DNA of 64,000 nt from Oikopleura dioica (Eukaryota; Animalia; Chordata). This document shows positions 47,716 to 59,694 of the stretch, in pieces. The notes beneath the pieces are model-generated. The model searched no databases. It saw only the letters and a list, made by a program, of their open reading frames with translations, and was not told where the DNA came from. A program made the translations under genes and the position numbers. The DNA lies in the NCBI GenBank assembly GCA_907165135.1, contig OU015566.1:13888001-13952000 (forward strand). The letters are read 5' to 3'. The stretch's first letter is position 1; each line of letters opens with the position of its first letter.

Positions 47716-50700
47716 GATTTGGGATTTCATTAATTTTACGAAAAAATTCCGGCGCTCGCGAATGTAAAATATTTACATTGTCAAAAATCACGTTGATATG
47801 TACAGTTGGGAAGCGAGGCCAGTCATTTAACGGACATTTCCAACATTTTTTCTATTTGCATTCTTTTCGACGTTTCTTTGGACGCAAAACTGGCTATTTC
47901 GCTTTTTTCGCTTTACAGTAATTTTTCAATGAAAAAGAAGAAATTTCAAATTTTCGCGTTGCATCTTTTTGTTTTGTGAAAATTGAAAAGGGCACTAATC
48001 CAATTTCAAGTTTTTCGAAAATTCAAAATTCAAGGCGTTGTAATTTTTTCTTGTTTTTATCTGATTACGGTTTGTTCAAAGTAAAGCGGCTTGTTGTGCC
48101 CAAAACGGGGGTGAATATTCGCGGATTTTCGACCGGAGACAGAAATCATCCCTTTTTCTGTTGCGCCAACGCCCGAACCGAAAAGGTTGAATTTGGTGCG
48201 ATGACTATTAAAAATTATGTTTTCTTTTTCAAAGCTCAACTTGAAGCTCAACAAAAAAAAGGACAGCGCAGAAAGTAAAAACACTGAGGTTAATACGACA
48301 TGATCGCAGTACCAAAAAACTAGCGCCCAGCCGCAAATTGATAACAAATTATAACGTTTTAATATTTATAGCTAATAACTTTTGACGCGAGCGATTTTTC
48401 ACGAAAAAAAACTTCTGTTTCTCGAATTTCAACCGACCTACTACAGCGCCATTTTTCAATAGTGACATCTTTCTTTTCAGCCTTCTGATTGGTCAATCCA
48501 AATGGGCGTTAGTGAAATGATTCAACTTTTAGATTTATCAAGTAAGATTATCACTAAACAGACTACAGAAGCATCTTGATATAACAAATTATGATTTCGA
48601 GCTTCCTGATTGGTCAATCAAAAGTTTTCGTTATTGGGAGATGCCGCTGTAGAAATTTAAAAACTACAGTTTTCAATGTTAAATCAGGACGCTTCTTTTT
48701 ACAATGCTCGAATTAGATTTTTCAAAAAGCCAATTAAGCACAGTCCATCTTCTATCGAGCTGTCGCCCTTTCATGAGCTGTCACGATTATGCGCCCTCTT
48801 GTGGGAAGCGACGGCACTTATGCAACTTGGTGCCCATTCTAGTGCCCAAAATGCCCATAATCGCCGCATTCAAGTCTCCGACACGTTTGGGAAAAAGTGA
48901 CAGTCAATCCGACACTGACCGATTACGTAATCTTGAATATTCATCCCTTTTTTTATAAAGCAAATTTTTCTTCCCACCCCTTTTTCATCGAAGCTATTAC
49001 TTTTTCGATCCAATATCGATACTCAGGAAATCGCTCCCCAGATTATCATTTTCGCGGCGGAAGTTCCAAACAAGATTTCGTGTCCAAAAAGAAATGATCC
49101 CATTTTGTCCGTTGGATGTTTTCCTCGTCAGAAGCGTTTTCTGAGCCAATTTTGAAAATTTGGAAAATTTCAAGCGACCTTTTTGCGCAGCAGTTTCGGG
49201 AAAATACAAGAAGCGAAATTGAATCTGATCTGGGGATTAACCCGAAAGGTCCCTTGTGTAACATCTTGCGCGGCGGAGGGTTAATATGGGCGCAGATGGG
49301 GAGCCAGGGTTTAATTAATTGTCCGAATAGGTCAAAACAGGCCGTGTTATTACTGACTCAATGAGCAACTACAGGACACGATAACACATAAAATGGGTGC
49401 CCCTTATTTTAGCAATGGACACCCTTAATTTTTTTATTTGAAAACGTCAAAAATTCTGGGCGGCTCTTATCAGAAAGATGCCTCTTTTATCAGCTATTTT
49501 AGACAAGCAATAATCTTGCTCGAACCAAGTTTTGAGTTGAACACGTGATCTTTCCAGATGCTTGAAAATCCTCACTTTGGACAACGTTTCTAACGCCGGA
49601 TTTGGCGCTGGAAAACGCGGCGACTCGGAACTGAGTCTTTTTCAAATCTCGGAGGAAATGCTGATTTTAATCGCATTCACAATTTCAAAGAGATTAAGGC
49701 TTCTTTTTACGCTGAAATCGAATGCGATAACAATAAATCTTCAAAATAAAGGAACATCTGATAATCGTTTTAAAAAAAAAATTCTAGTCTGAAAATCGCC
49801 ACTAAATAAAAAACAGGACTTTTTGGAGCCTGAAAAATGGAAGTTGCCAAAAAGCGATGTTTATATTTTCTCGGAACAATAAAACCGGGGCCAAGTTACT
49901 CACGTGCGTTTCCTATTTATCGGATACATCTGGCTGTCCTCTCAAATGTCACGCAATGTCAAGCTGCCAAGGTCACGCGAGCCATTTCAAGCAGGGGTCA
50001 ATCAAAGTTCCCTATCTCATCTGATAGCCCCTTATGGGCTGCTTTTTATTGTTGGGAAAATTTGCAAAAGACAGTCTCCCGGAAGTTCTGTCGTCATCTT
50101 TCTCGGACAGTAAATATCATAAAAGCCGTGAAAGTTGGATGCCTGTGGCAGCCAAATCACAACCTTCTTCTTGCTTGTTTGCTTCAATGACGGAAATGGC
50201 GATTTAGGGCAGGCGCGAATTAGGGTCATTTTTGCGACGTTTTTGTGGTCACGTGGCTGAGCTGAGAAAAAAATTTTTGAGTCGAAAATGATCACGATTC
50301 ATTGAATATTGCTTTTACTGTTTTTTTTTTATTTGCGAGATTACAGTACTGACTCAATAATACAGTCATTAAAAGAACAACTATGTTTCAGAGAAATTTG
50401 AAATTAAGGGTGGTCTTAAATTGAAGACAGACTGTATAAAACTTGTTTATTGCCCTCTTAAAATTGTGGATGTTTAATTTCCCATTTGTAAATAATTCAC
50501 AAGTGGCGAAAAACAAAGATTGAGTGCGCGAGATGCAAAATTAAAACGATTTGCAAGGTGTTGGAAAACATGCCGCGCGGGATAACTTCCAGACGATCTG
50601 ACTTTCTGGCACTTTCTGCCTCTTTTTCTGGCAGATTCGGATTAAAAATGTAAAAACAACAAAAGCTCAACTCAGAATTGAATATACAGTAGTGGATAAA

Positions 50701-51444
50701 CACGCTTAAAATGATGAAAAACTCGATTTTTTTTCGGAAAATTTCAACTTTTTTTTTCGACAAATTTTGATATTTTTTCGAAAAATTTCTTTTTATGCAT
50801 AAAAAAGTTATGTCTAGTTCGATTCAGGTCACGTGAATCGATTAGTTCCGCGTCGGAATATCTCCAGCTCATCAAAGACACTTTTAAAAGGTTCATTTTT
50901 CTGCACTAACAAGGTTAGACCCCGCCAAGTTCCATCTCAATGATTACCCTGCCCTTTTTCTCCCTCAAAGGGGCCGAAAGTCTTTAAAATTTGTTTCGAA
51001 ATATAATTATTTCTTTGGAAAAAATCCCGTTTTTTGGTTTGATTGAGAGGAGGAGATTTAGCAACCGAGATTGGTTTGAACAATCATTTATCATTTGGCG
51101 GTTCAATTTGGCGTCGGTATCCCCTTAATCCGAGGCCACTTCGAGCCTACTAAATCATTTCTGAGAAGAATTGAACGAATGTCAATTATTAAATTATTCC
51201 CTTTTTGCCTCATCTGAAACCAGTGGTCACAATTGTGGTCAAGTTTGCATCCAACTTCGTGCATTTTTCACTTCTCGTTGTTGATAAGGGTAGTTTTGGA
51301 GGAAAGACAAGTCTTTAGAGAAAGTCAAAAGATTACAAAAATCGTTCATTTTAAAAATATTCCAATTATTTTCTTCCTTTTTTGAGAATTTGCCATCTGT
51401 TTCAGAAGTCGCCATTAATTTGGCTTATTTGAAGTATTCAAAAG

Positions 51445-53463
51445 ATGGATCTTTCTGTTTCTGTTTTCAACGATTTTTCAACAAGAGATCTTCTCCTAGA
51501 GCCGATTTCTAGGCTTAACGAGACTTGCACGGACCTTGATCTTGGCGAGATCTGCACGACTAACTGTGCGGATGCGACTTCAAACTGCTTGAGCAACTGT
51601 TTTTCCGGTGATGCTTCCTGCGAGAACATTTGCATTCGAGAAGGATTCGCTTGTATTGATGGCTGTCCTTGCCATATCGACTGCCCTGGGGGATGTGAAG
51701 GATGTTCAAACGACATTTGCAATGCCTGTTTGGAGCCGGAAAGCAACGAGGATCACGTGACGTGTCTTGAAGATTATGAAAAAGTTCTATTTGACTGTTT
51801 CCAAGATTGCGCCGGGAATACTCTTTGTATCGACCAATGTACTCTCGAGTTTTCTGAAAACATTGAAAATTGCCCTTGCGAGAGGGGGTGCCCAAATGGC
51901 TGTCCTTGTCCAAACTACGAATGCGGAGGAAATGATTCTTATCAGCTGGGAGCTGTTCTAGTGATGAGAAGACATCGCGTTCCAGCTCTACCATTGCTTG
52001 TGAACTTCAAAAGCTTCACAACTGATCTTGAGGTAATTTTTATTATTTTTTTGTCTCGACAATTTTTGAAGGTTTCATGGTTCAATAATGGTCCCGATAA
52101 TCTCGTGTTTGATTCAAAGAAAGGATGTTCTATTTTATACAAAGGGACACACTATCTGTTCGGAGGATTCACAACTGATGAATATGGCAATTTCTTAGAA
52201 TACGGTCCTCATATTCTTGATGGCTGTGATATCGTTAATGCTGAAGGTGTGTCCTTTATGTTCGATTGCTACTACGGAGCAGTTGGTTATCTACCGACTG
52301 AGGACGAAAAGGAAGCTTACATCATGCTTTATCATGTTCATGATTATTGGTATTCAAACAGAGTCGAAGGGTAAAATTATTACAATCAATAATTGTTCAT
52401 TCAGTAAACGTTAAGATATGATGGATCAAAAATACTGACAACGGAAATTCCGAGATCAAATAATACACATGGCTTCACTGGGGGACAAATACCCACATAT
52501 AAAGGAAATCCGATTCTCATAAGTGGCGCAGGCTATGAAAGGAAGATTGCAATTATTCTGGAGATCATCCCCTGGATACGCTTTTGAAATTAATCATGAA
52601 GATTGTCCATGTATGGGACGATTCTAAAGATCAATAACTAAAGGGTATCCGGTGATGGCTCCCAGAATGATTTCATAATTTCGAGAGTACTTCTTCAGTC
52701 GAGCGTTTCAGGTGGAATATATAAATTTCATTATTATTCTTTATTATTTCAATTCACTTTTCTTTTATATTTTAAAGTTTAACTAATGGTTGGACAGAAT
52801 ACGAAGATCTGGTTTTTCCAGATGAGTATATTGAAGCCTACACGTCCGTCTGGGGCGATTTTGGAGTTGTGGTTTTTCCTGGAAACTCTGGGTAAGCAAA
52901 ATAAACACAGAAAATTGTAACGCCAGCTTGCTAAAATTTTTTTCACTATTTTCCTAAAACGTTATAATCAAATGAGTGAGCCCTACTAGCGAGAAAAAAA
53001 CCATTTTTTGATTTTTATTTCTGACCAAATTGTGCAAAACTGAGGCTGGAAATTGGGGTACAAAATTTGAACCCACGAATCGTGGGCCAAGATATCAATT
53101 ACACTTTTGTACCGATGCCACCCGCCACCATATTTAGGTCTAACCAAAAAATATGGCGACTTTATGATGACAAATGGACGAACATTGGGAAATTACCAAC
53201 TGCTGACTTTGAAGTGACAAGAAGATTTCCTAAAGCCGTTCTTTTCCCAAACAATGAGGTCTCTAGTTAAGATGAATATGTCATTAGATATAATTGTTGA
53301 GGTCATGATGATTGGTGGTCACCAAAACCATAAATTTGTAAAATACACTTTCAACGATGATTTTACTTCGATCGAAGGAGATATTCTCCAAGATCTTCCT
53401 CTTCTTGTCGAGTATGATGGTCCTTATGCCATTTTTGTGGAAAACAATTACTGTTCCGTCTAG
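51445..53463 (+). CDS. Cluster B gene 1: two Cys-rich modules + kelch-like propeller
   Basis: ORF 51445-52374 (with an in-frame 39-bp intron) has 2x C-x10-C-x3-C-x5/6-C-x3-C-x10-CPC-x3-C modules, then GCSILYKGTHYLFGG, YGAVGYLPTEDE, GGQIPTYKGNPILI, SVWGDFGVVVFPG, ending PYAIFVENNYCSV-stop. Confidence 0.82.
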
Positions 53464-55526
53464 ACACCCTGTCTGACCAAATAAAGGAAATAAAAACATT
53501 AAAGCAATTCGCCTGAGGCCGATCCATCTTCGCCTCAATTCGTTTAAAAGTCCTATCGATCCCAAAAAAGGGCACGCCTTATGAAATTTTCGCCAATCAG
53601 TCAATTATCCTTGGCGGCAAGCAGATTTCGGTCAATTCCCCGACAAACCTACTTATCAAAAACTCAAACAGCAATCGACCTTCTCGCTTAAACCAAAATT
53701 GGGAAAATCAACATTCATGAAAACGCGTAGAAAGTTTAGTGGTCGTCTGAGCACTCTTTGAGCTCACTTGAGTCGCGAAATTGGAACTTCCAAGACTTCG
53801 AAAATTTCGCAATTCGCGATTTTCAAATCTTCATTTTGCATAATTGCTTGGAAGCTGTCTTCCGGTATTAATCCACGGCTAATCGGTTATTTCGACTCTC
53901 CTCCGCGAAGTTGCTTGTTTTGAGGATTAAGGACGTACCCACGTATTCCAGTCACCTGCTTTCCTAACAACACTAATCGCCGGGCCTTATCACCTTATCT
54001 TCTAAAAAGGTGAGGCCTCTCCGTTTCTTTCGAGAAAAAAGCCATCCGGACAGCGCAAACTTCTCAGGAAGAGAGACTCGAAAAACGGCAAACTTAGAAG
54101 CCGGGGCAGTCGACTCGAGATGCGGTAATAGAGGATTAACGAGTTTTTTTATCATTTTTTAGCTGGAAAAGGTTGAAGACAATCTAATCAGCGACGAGCG
54201 ACGTCAGAGCGATATTTTTGCCGCGGAAGGGGATTTTCACAAGTGATCACATTCTAGAGCCGGTTTTTTCGACGAAAATACTACATAACAATAAAATCCT
54301 TTTCCCAATATTGTCAATATAACTTTCCAAATCAGGCCCAAGATTGTCGATTTTTAAATAAAAATAGCGCAAAATAAGCCAATGAGAAAGAAGCGCGCTC
54401 GTTTCAAAGTCAAAAATCAACAATGGTCGGAAAAAATATAAATTTTCAATTTTGACAAAAATTCTAACTTGGGGATAAATCATTATCTTGACCGTTTTTG
54501 TCATCGTCTAAACTCTAGAAAACACCTGAAAAAAACTTTTTTTCATAGCCTGGGGCGATTCTGAGGCCATTTTCATGAATTTTCTACGAACTGCCATATC
54601 TCACGTGACAGATGATGAAATCACGTGATTGATATATTTTTAGAAAGCTCAGCTTCTGAGGATTGGGGGAAAGAAAAGAAATTTGAAAAAAATCGACTCT
54701 GAATAGCGAAAATTAATATTTTAATTTTTTGGCCAATCAGCAAAAACCGATTTTTCGGAAAAATTTTTGCTTTCCCCCAATCCTCAGAATCTGAGCTTTC
54801 CATTGATACTTGGATCATCTGGTTTCAAAGAGTATCACGTGAGTTATGGCTGTTCGAAGGCCGAAAATTTATATTTTTTCCGGCCAATCTTTGGCTCTTT
54901 TACAAAAGTCTTACTGACAATCTTCGACCTAGAAAGGAGCTGTCTGGCAGACACTCTTGAGACATTTTTTTGAAAGAAAATTGTTTATTTTTCTTTGTAA
55001 AATTTCTTCGACAAGCTTGACCTTTCTTGAAATCCCGTTTTTCCCCCTCTAAAACCGCGATTTCCGCCTTTTGCACCTTGTTTCCGTGGGAAAGAATAAA
55101 TTTTCTGCCAAATTAGAAAAAAAAATTGAAACTTGGAAATTGAAAATCTCGAAAATTGAAATTCGAGATGCTCTTAATTTGAAGAAACGGCAATTCAGTT
55201 CTATTCGATTTTAAAAGGTTGACCGAGCGGTGAGCAGCTGATTTCACACTCTGTTATTTTTGCTTGTGCGGCGCTGGGCACTTAATTCGGCACCTGTCAG
55301 AGCAATTCAGCGCCGCGTAAGACTACTTCACATCAATTAACCAAAACGTTCAACAAATTCCAAACCACAAAAAGGTCAAGAACCATTGATCAACTTAAAA
55401 ATTGGCAAATTTCCGAGTTTATCAGTTTTCAAAAGTTCAAATTCATAATAATTTTACTCTGAGAATCGATCATCTGTTTGCCAGCCAAGAAATAAAGTTC
55501 GCAAAAGAAAAAAGAGTTTGTCAAAA

Positions 55527-57130
55527 ATGAATCTGTCAATTTTCGACCATTTTTCAAGAGAATCACTTTCGTTCGCGAGTGAGAGAAAAAATGAAACATG
55601 CACGGACCTTGATCTTGGAGAGATCTGCTCTGGAGAGTGTGAAAGCAGCCTTCTGTCTTGCCTGAGCAACTGTAGCTCTAATGATGCTTCCTGCGAGAGT
55701 GGTTGCGTCAGGGAGGGGTTCGACTGTATTGACGGATGTCCTTGCCACACTGACTGTATTCTCGGCTGTGAGAATTGTTCTGCCGACATTTGTAATGCCT
55801 GCGCGTTTCCTGAAGAAAATGAGGATCATGTAAAATGCCTAGCTGAGTTTGAAAGAGAACTGATCGAATGCATACAAAACTGCGGCGGGAATTCAAGCTG
55901 CGTTAGTCTCTGCACAGTTCAGTACTCACAGGACATTTTGAATTGCCCTTGCGAAGAAGGCTGTCCTGATGGCTGCCCCTGCCCGAATTTTGATTGTGGA
56001 GATAATGCAGAAGAAGCCAACTCGGTCCTGATCATGCATTACTCACAGAAAAATCTTTCGCTTGTGAATTTCAACAGTTACACAGAAGACTTGAAAGTCT
56101 GGCATTTTTTCAGTGAAAAATTTTTACTCTGATTTTAGATTTCAAAATTTAACAATGGCCCAGATGATCGACGATTTGACAGCGATGAGGGATGTTCAGT
56201 GCTTTACAAAGGGAAAAACTATTTATTCGGAGGATGGTTTGTGAACTATGACGATGGCGACGATCATGGACCACATGTCCTTGAAGGCTGCGAAATTCTC
56301 AAGGCAGAAGGGGCTTCTTTTTCTTTTTATTGCTATTATGGAGCAGTGGGGTACTTGCCGAGCGAGGAAGATCCGCAAGCTAACATCCTGCTTTATAATG
56401 GGAAAAGGGATGGAAATGTTCAGGGGTAATCTTTTTCTCGTCATTTTTATGTTAGAAAAATCAAGCTATGACGGCTCAAAAATCTTGGAAAGAGACTTTC
56501 CAAGGCCAGCGGTTTATCATCAATATATCGGCGGACAAATTCCGGTGTATAAAGATTATCCGATTCTTATTGGTGGAAAGACCGAGCATGGGTCGGCCAC
56601 GAATTTCGTCGAACGATACAGGTACTTTTTTCCGTATCCTTTTGCTTTTTGTAATTCTTAGTCCATCAGATGGCTGGATATTGGACCAAAAAATTGCGTT
56701 TCCAGAGGCGGAGACTTATTGCTATTCCGCTGTGTGGGGGGACTTCGGAGTTGTTATTTTCCCCGGATTTTCATCGTATGCTCAAATTTAAAATAATAAC
56801 TTAACTTCTTTCTTGAGATCAAAAAACAAAATTTGGCGACTTTATGACGATGAATGGACTAACATTGGAATAACTAAATGGAATGATAGACCTTATGCGC
56901 GAGCTGTTCTTCTGTCAAATTATGAGGTTTAGATTCGATAGGTTTATTAGCTCTACAATTATTTTCAGGTTCTGGTTCTTGGCGGAGAAGACCGTCAAAA
57001 GTTCACGAAATTCTCGTTCAATGAAAATTTTACTTCGATCGAGGGCGAAGATCTCGACAATTTACCGTCGCTTTCGAGCTGGGATGATCCTTATGCAATT
57101 CTTGTGCCTAACGGCTACTGTATGCTTTAA
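55527..57130 (+). CDS. Cluster B gene 2: two Cys-rich modules + kelch-like propeller
   Basis: MNLSIFDHFSRES...ETCTDLDLGEIC...; GCSVLYKGKNYLFGG, AVWGDFGVVIFPG, ending DPYAILVPNGYCML-stop (57128-57130). Confidence 0.82.
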
Positions 57131-58156
57131 TTATTAAAAAGAATACATGATAAGGAGACTTCCGCCTTCAATTAGCAATCTTCCAAATTTGCAAAACCCT
57201 CCGCAAAAACGCAAAATCGCTGCTTTGATAATTCTCGACTCCCGCAGCGGGCTGAATCGATACGAGTACAGAGCGCGTTTGTAGCCTTCCGTCAAATATT
57301 TATCGCCTGTCCCTGCGCTGCTAATGGGATGAGTCCGACACCTTTTCAAGCCCCGCCGCGGCCAACATCCAAAGCACGAGATAAATTAATCCAGCTCAGT
57401 TTGTAAACAGAAACCGTACGCAGCAAATTTCCCGCAATACACAACGAGAAACAAAAAAGGGATGAAAAAAATTTTCTTCAAATTTTCAAAATACGAAATC
57501 AAAGAAAAAAGAAGAAGCGCTCGTGTTCCAAAACACTTTTTTGGATCTTTTGGCTCTTTTTGTTGTTCGTTTAGGAAATCCAGTCGGACAAGGCCGCCGG
57601 GCGGATGCCGACCGGATTCCGCCGCTCTTTAGAAAATATCGCCTTGCGCATGCATTTCCGCTATTTTAGCCGAAATTAATTTTCAGCCAACAAAATCTGC
57701 TTCCGAATTTCACGATTTTTTTTTCTTGAAAAAATGATCTTTCAAACTAAATTTAAATTGAACTAATGCTTCCGCAAAATCGGCGATAACAAGTCCATTT
57801 TGGTCACCGGAAAAGTTTCATTAGCGATTTCCTAAAATTTCCAAAAAGAATCTCGGTTGCGAAGTTCCAATGAATGTAAATTTATTGGAATTTATTGCCA
57901 GCGAAAGAAAATCTTCAAAGAAAGATCACTCCTTGTACTTTTCTGTTTAGAACAAGAGCCTAGTTCCAGCCGACTGAGCTCCCGTTCCTCAGCTTATCAA
58001 AGCTCATCTCTCTCTTTTTTGACCTTTTCGTGTTTGGCGGCTCGGGCGTTTTGAAACAAACTGTGTAAAAAATTCGCAAAGGAGTAAACTTTGAGAATTT
58101 CTCAGCTGCTGCTATAATTGAAACGTCAAATCTCAACAATGAGCTAGAAATTCAAA

Positions 58157-59580
58157 ATGAGTTTATCGCTTATTGAAAGTTTCTCAAGAGAATCTTTTCT
58201 TCTTGAAACATGCCCGTAAGAAAATTGAAAAAAAAATTTGACTCAAAACTTTTTTTTAACAAAGGGACAAGGAGCTACAGTCGAAGTGCAATGATGGTTG
58301 CAGAGTTGAATACACTAGATGTCGATTACTCTGTGAAAATGAGTACTGTCAAGCGATTTGCGACAGAGAATATGAAAGTGAGTTCTTTCCAAAGAGAAAG
58401 GGTCCAAATGATAATTGAGGTTGCTTGGCCGACTGTCCATGTGGCGAAAAATGCCAAGGAGGATGCGCGAACTGCGACCACCCACTTTGCGAAGATGGAA
58501 AAGAGCTGAGTTCTGTGTTGATTATGCATGGCGGAAGTCGTGATTTGCCAGCGCTCGTCAATTTTGAAAGCTTCAACCAAGATTTAAAAGTACTATTTTT
58601 TAACTATTTTTGAATTATCATTCAATCAAGATCTCTTGGCACAACAACGGCCCAGATAATCAGGAATTTTTCGCTGCTGAAGGCTGTTCAGTTTTATACA
58701 AAGGCACAAATTATTTATTCGGGGGTTGGTTTGAAAATCAAGACGGAGAGAAAACTTACGGACCTCATGTTCTCGATGTTTGTGAGATTCTAAAAGCCCC
58801 AGGCGCTTCTTTTCAATTCGATTGTTTCGATGGATCAGTCGGCTACTTGCCCAGTGAAGAAGATCAAGAAGATTATATTATGCTTTATGATGGTTTTAAT
58901 AGCGTTCAAGGGTAATCTCAATAAGGACTAAATTTTCATCATGATTTCTATATTTAAGTTATGACGGCTCAAATATCCTTGAGATAGATTTCGCACCACC
59001 AGTTGACTTTCATCGTGAAATCGGCGGACAAATTCCTCTGTATGAAAATCACCCGATTCTGATCGCTGGATACCGGACTGCTTCTGTCGAACGGTACAGT
59101 CCCTTCAATGGCTGGGTGAAAGATGACAACATCGCATTTCCGGAAAAGAATCTTTATTCCTACTCTGCTGTTTGGGGCGACTTTGGTGTTGTTGTTTTTC
59201 CCGGAAATACGTATGTCAACAGTTAATGCATGAAAAATGCATTTTTTTTTTTCAGTGAAACTGGTGAAATTTGGCGACTAAGCGACGATGAATGGACCAG
59301 TATTGGAACTCTTCCATGGTTTGAAAGAAGAGCGGTTTTTTCGCAAAAAAATATTTTCAGGAAATCAATACTCAGGTTTTCAAGAGCTGTGTTGCTTTCG
59401 AATTTTGAGGCGATGGTTTTTGGTGGAAACGAAAATCAAAAGTTCACAAAATTCACTTTCAACGACCACTTTTCTTCTATTGAGAGCGAGTATCTGTCAA
59501 ATTTGCCCTCACTCAACTACTGGGGTGATCCTTTTGCCATTCTTGTACCTGATAATTACTGCTTGCTTTCATTCATATAA
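58157..59580 (+). CDS. Cluster B gene 3: single Cys-rich module + kelch-like propeller
   Basis: MSLSLIESFSRESFLLETC/..KCNDGCRVEYTRCRLLCENEYCQAICDREYESCLADCPCGEKC..; GCSVLYKGTNYLFGG; ending DPFAILVPDNYCLLSFI-stop. Confidence 0.8.
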
Positions 59581-59694
59581 CAGCAAATAAAAAAAAAACA
59601 GGTCAACTGGTGAACTTCCTGCATGAGAATTTACTCTGAGAAAAATTCATCTGTTGCTCTTTTCAGCGATGAAAATCGAAAGAGAATTTTTAAA

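Noticed and set aside
51438-56444. Minus-strand ORFs over cluster B exons (and 5480-5704, 24224-24534, 27295-27718 over other genes)
   Set aside because: These are antisense or alternate-frame shadows of real exons, with no independent motifs.
59325-59375. Intron-like T/A-rich segment in B3 ending TTTTCAG
   Set aside because: It reads through in frame and I found no donor giving the right phase, so I cannot tell an intron from a loop insertion.
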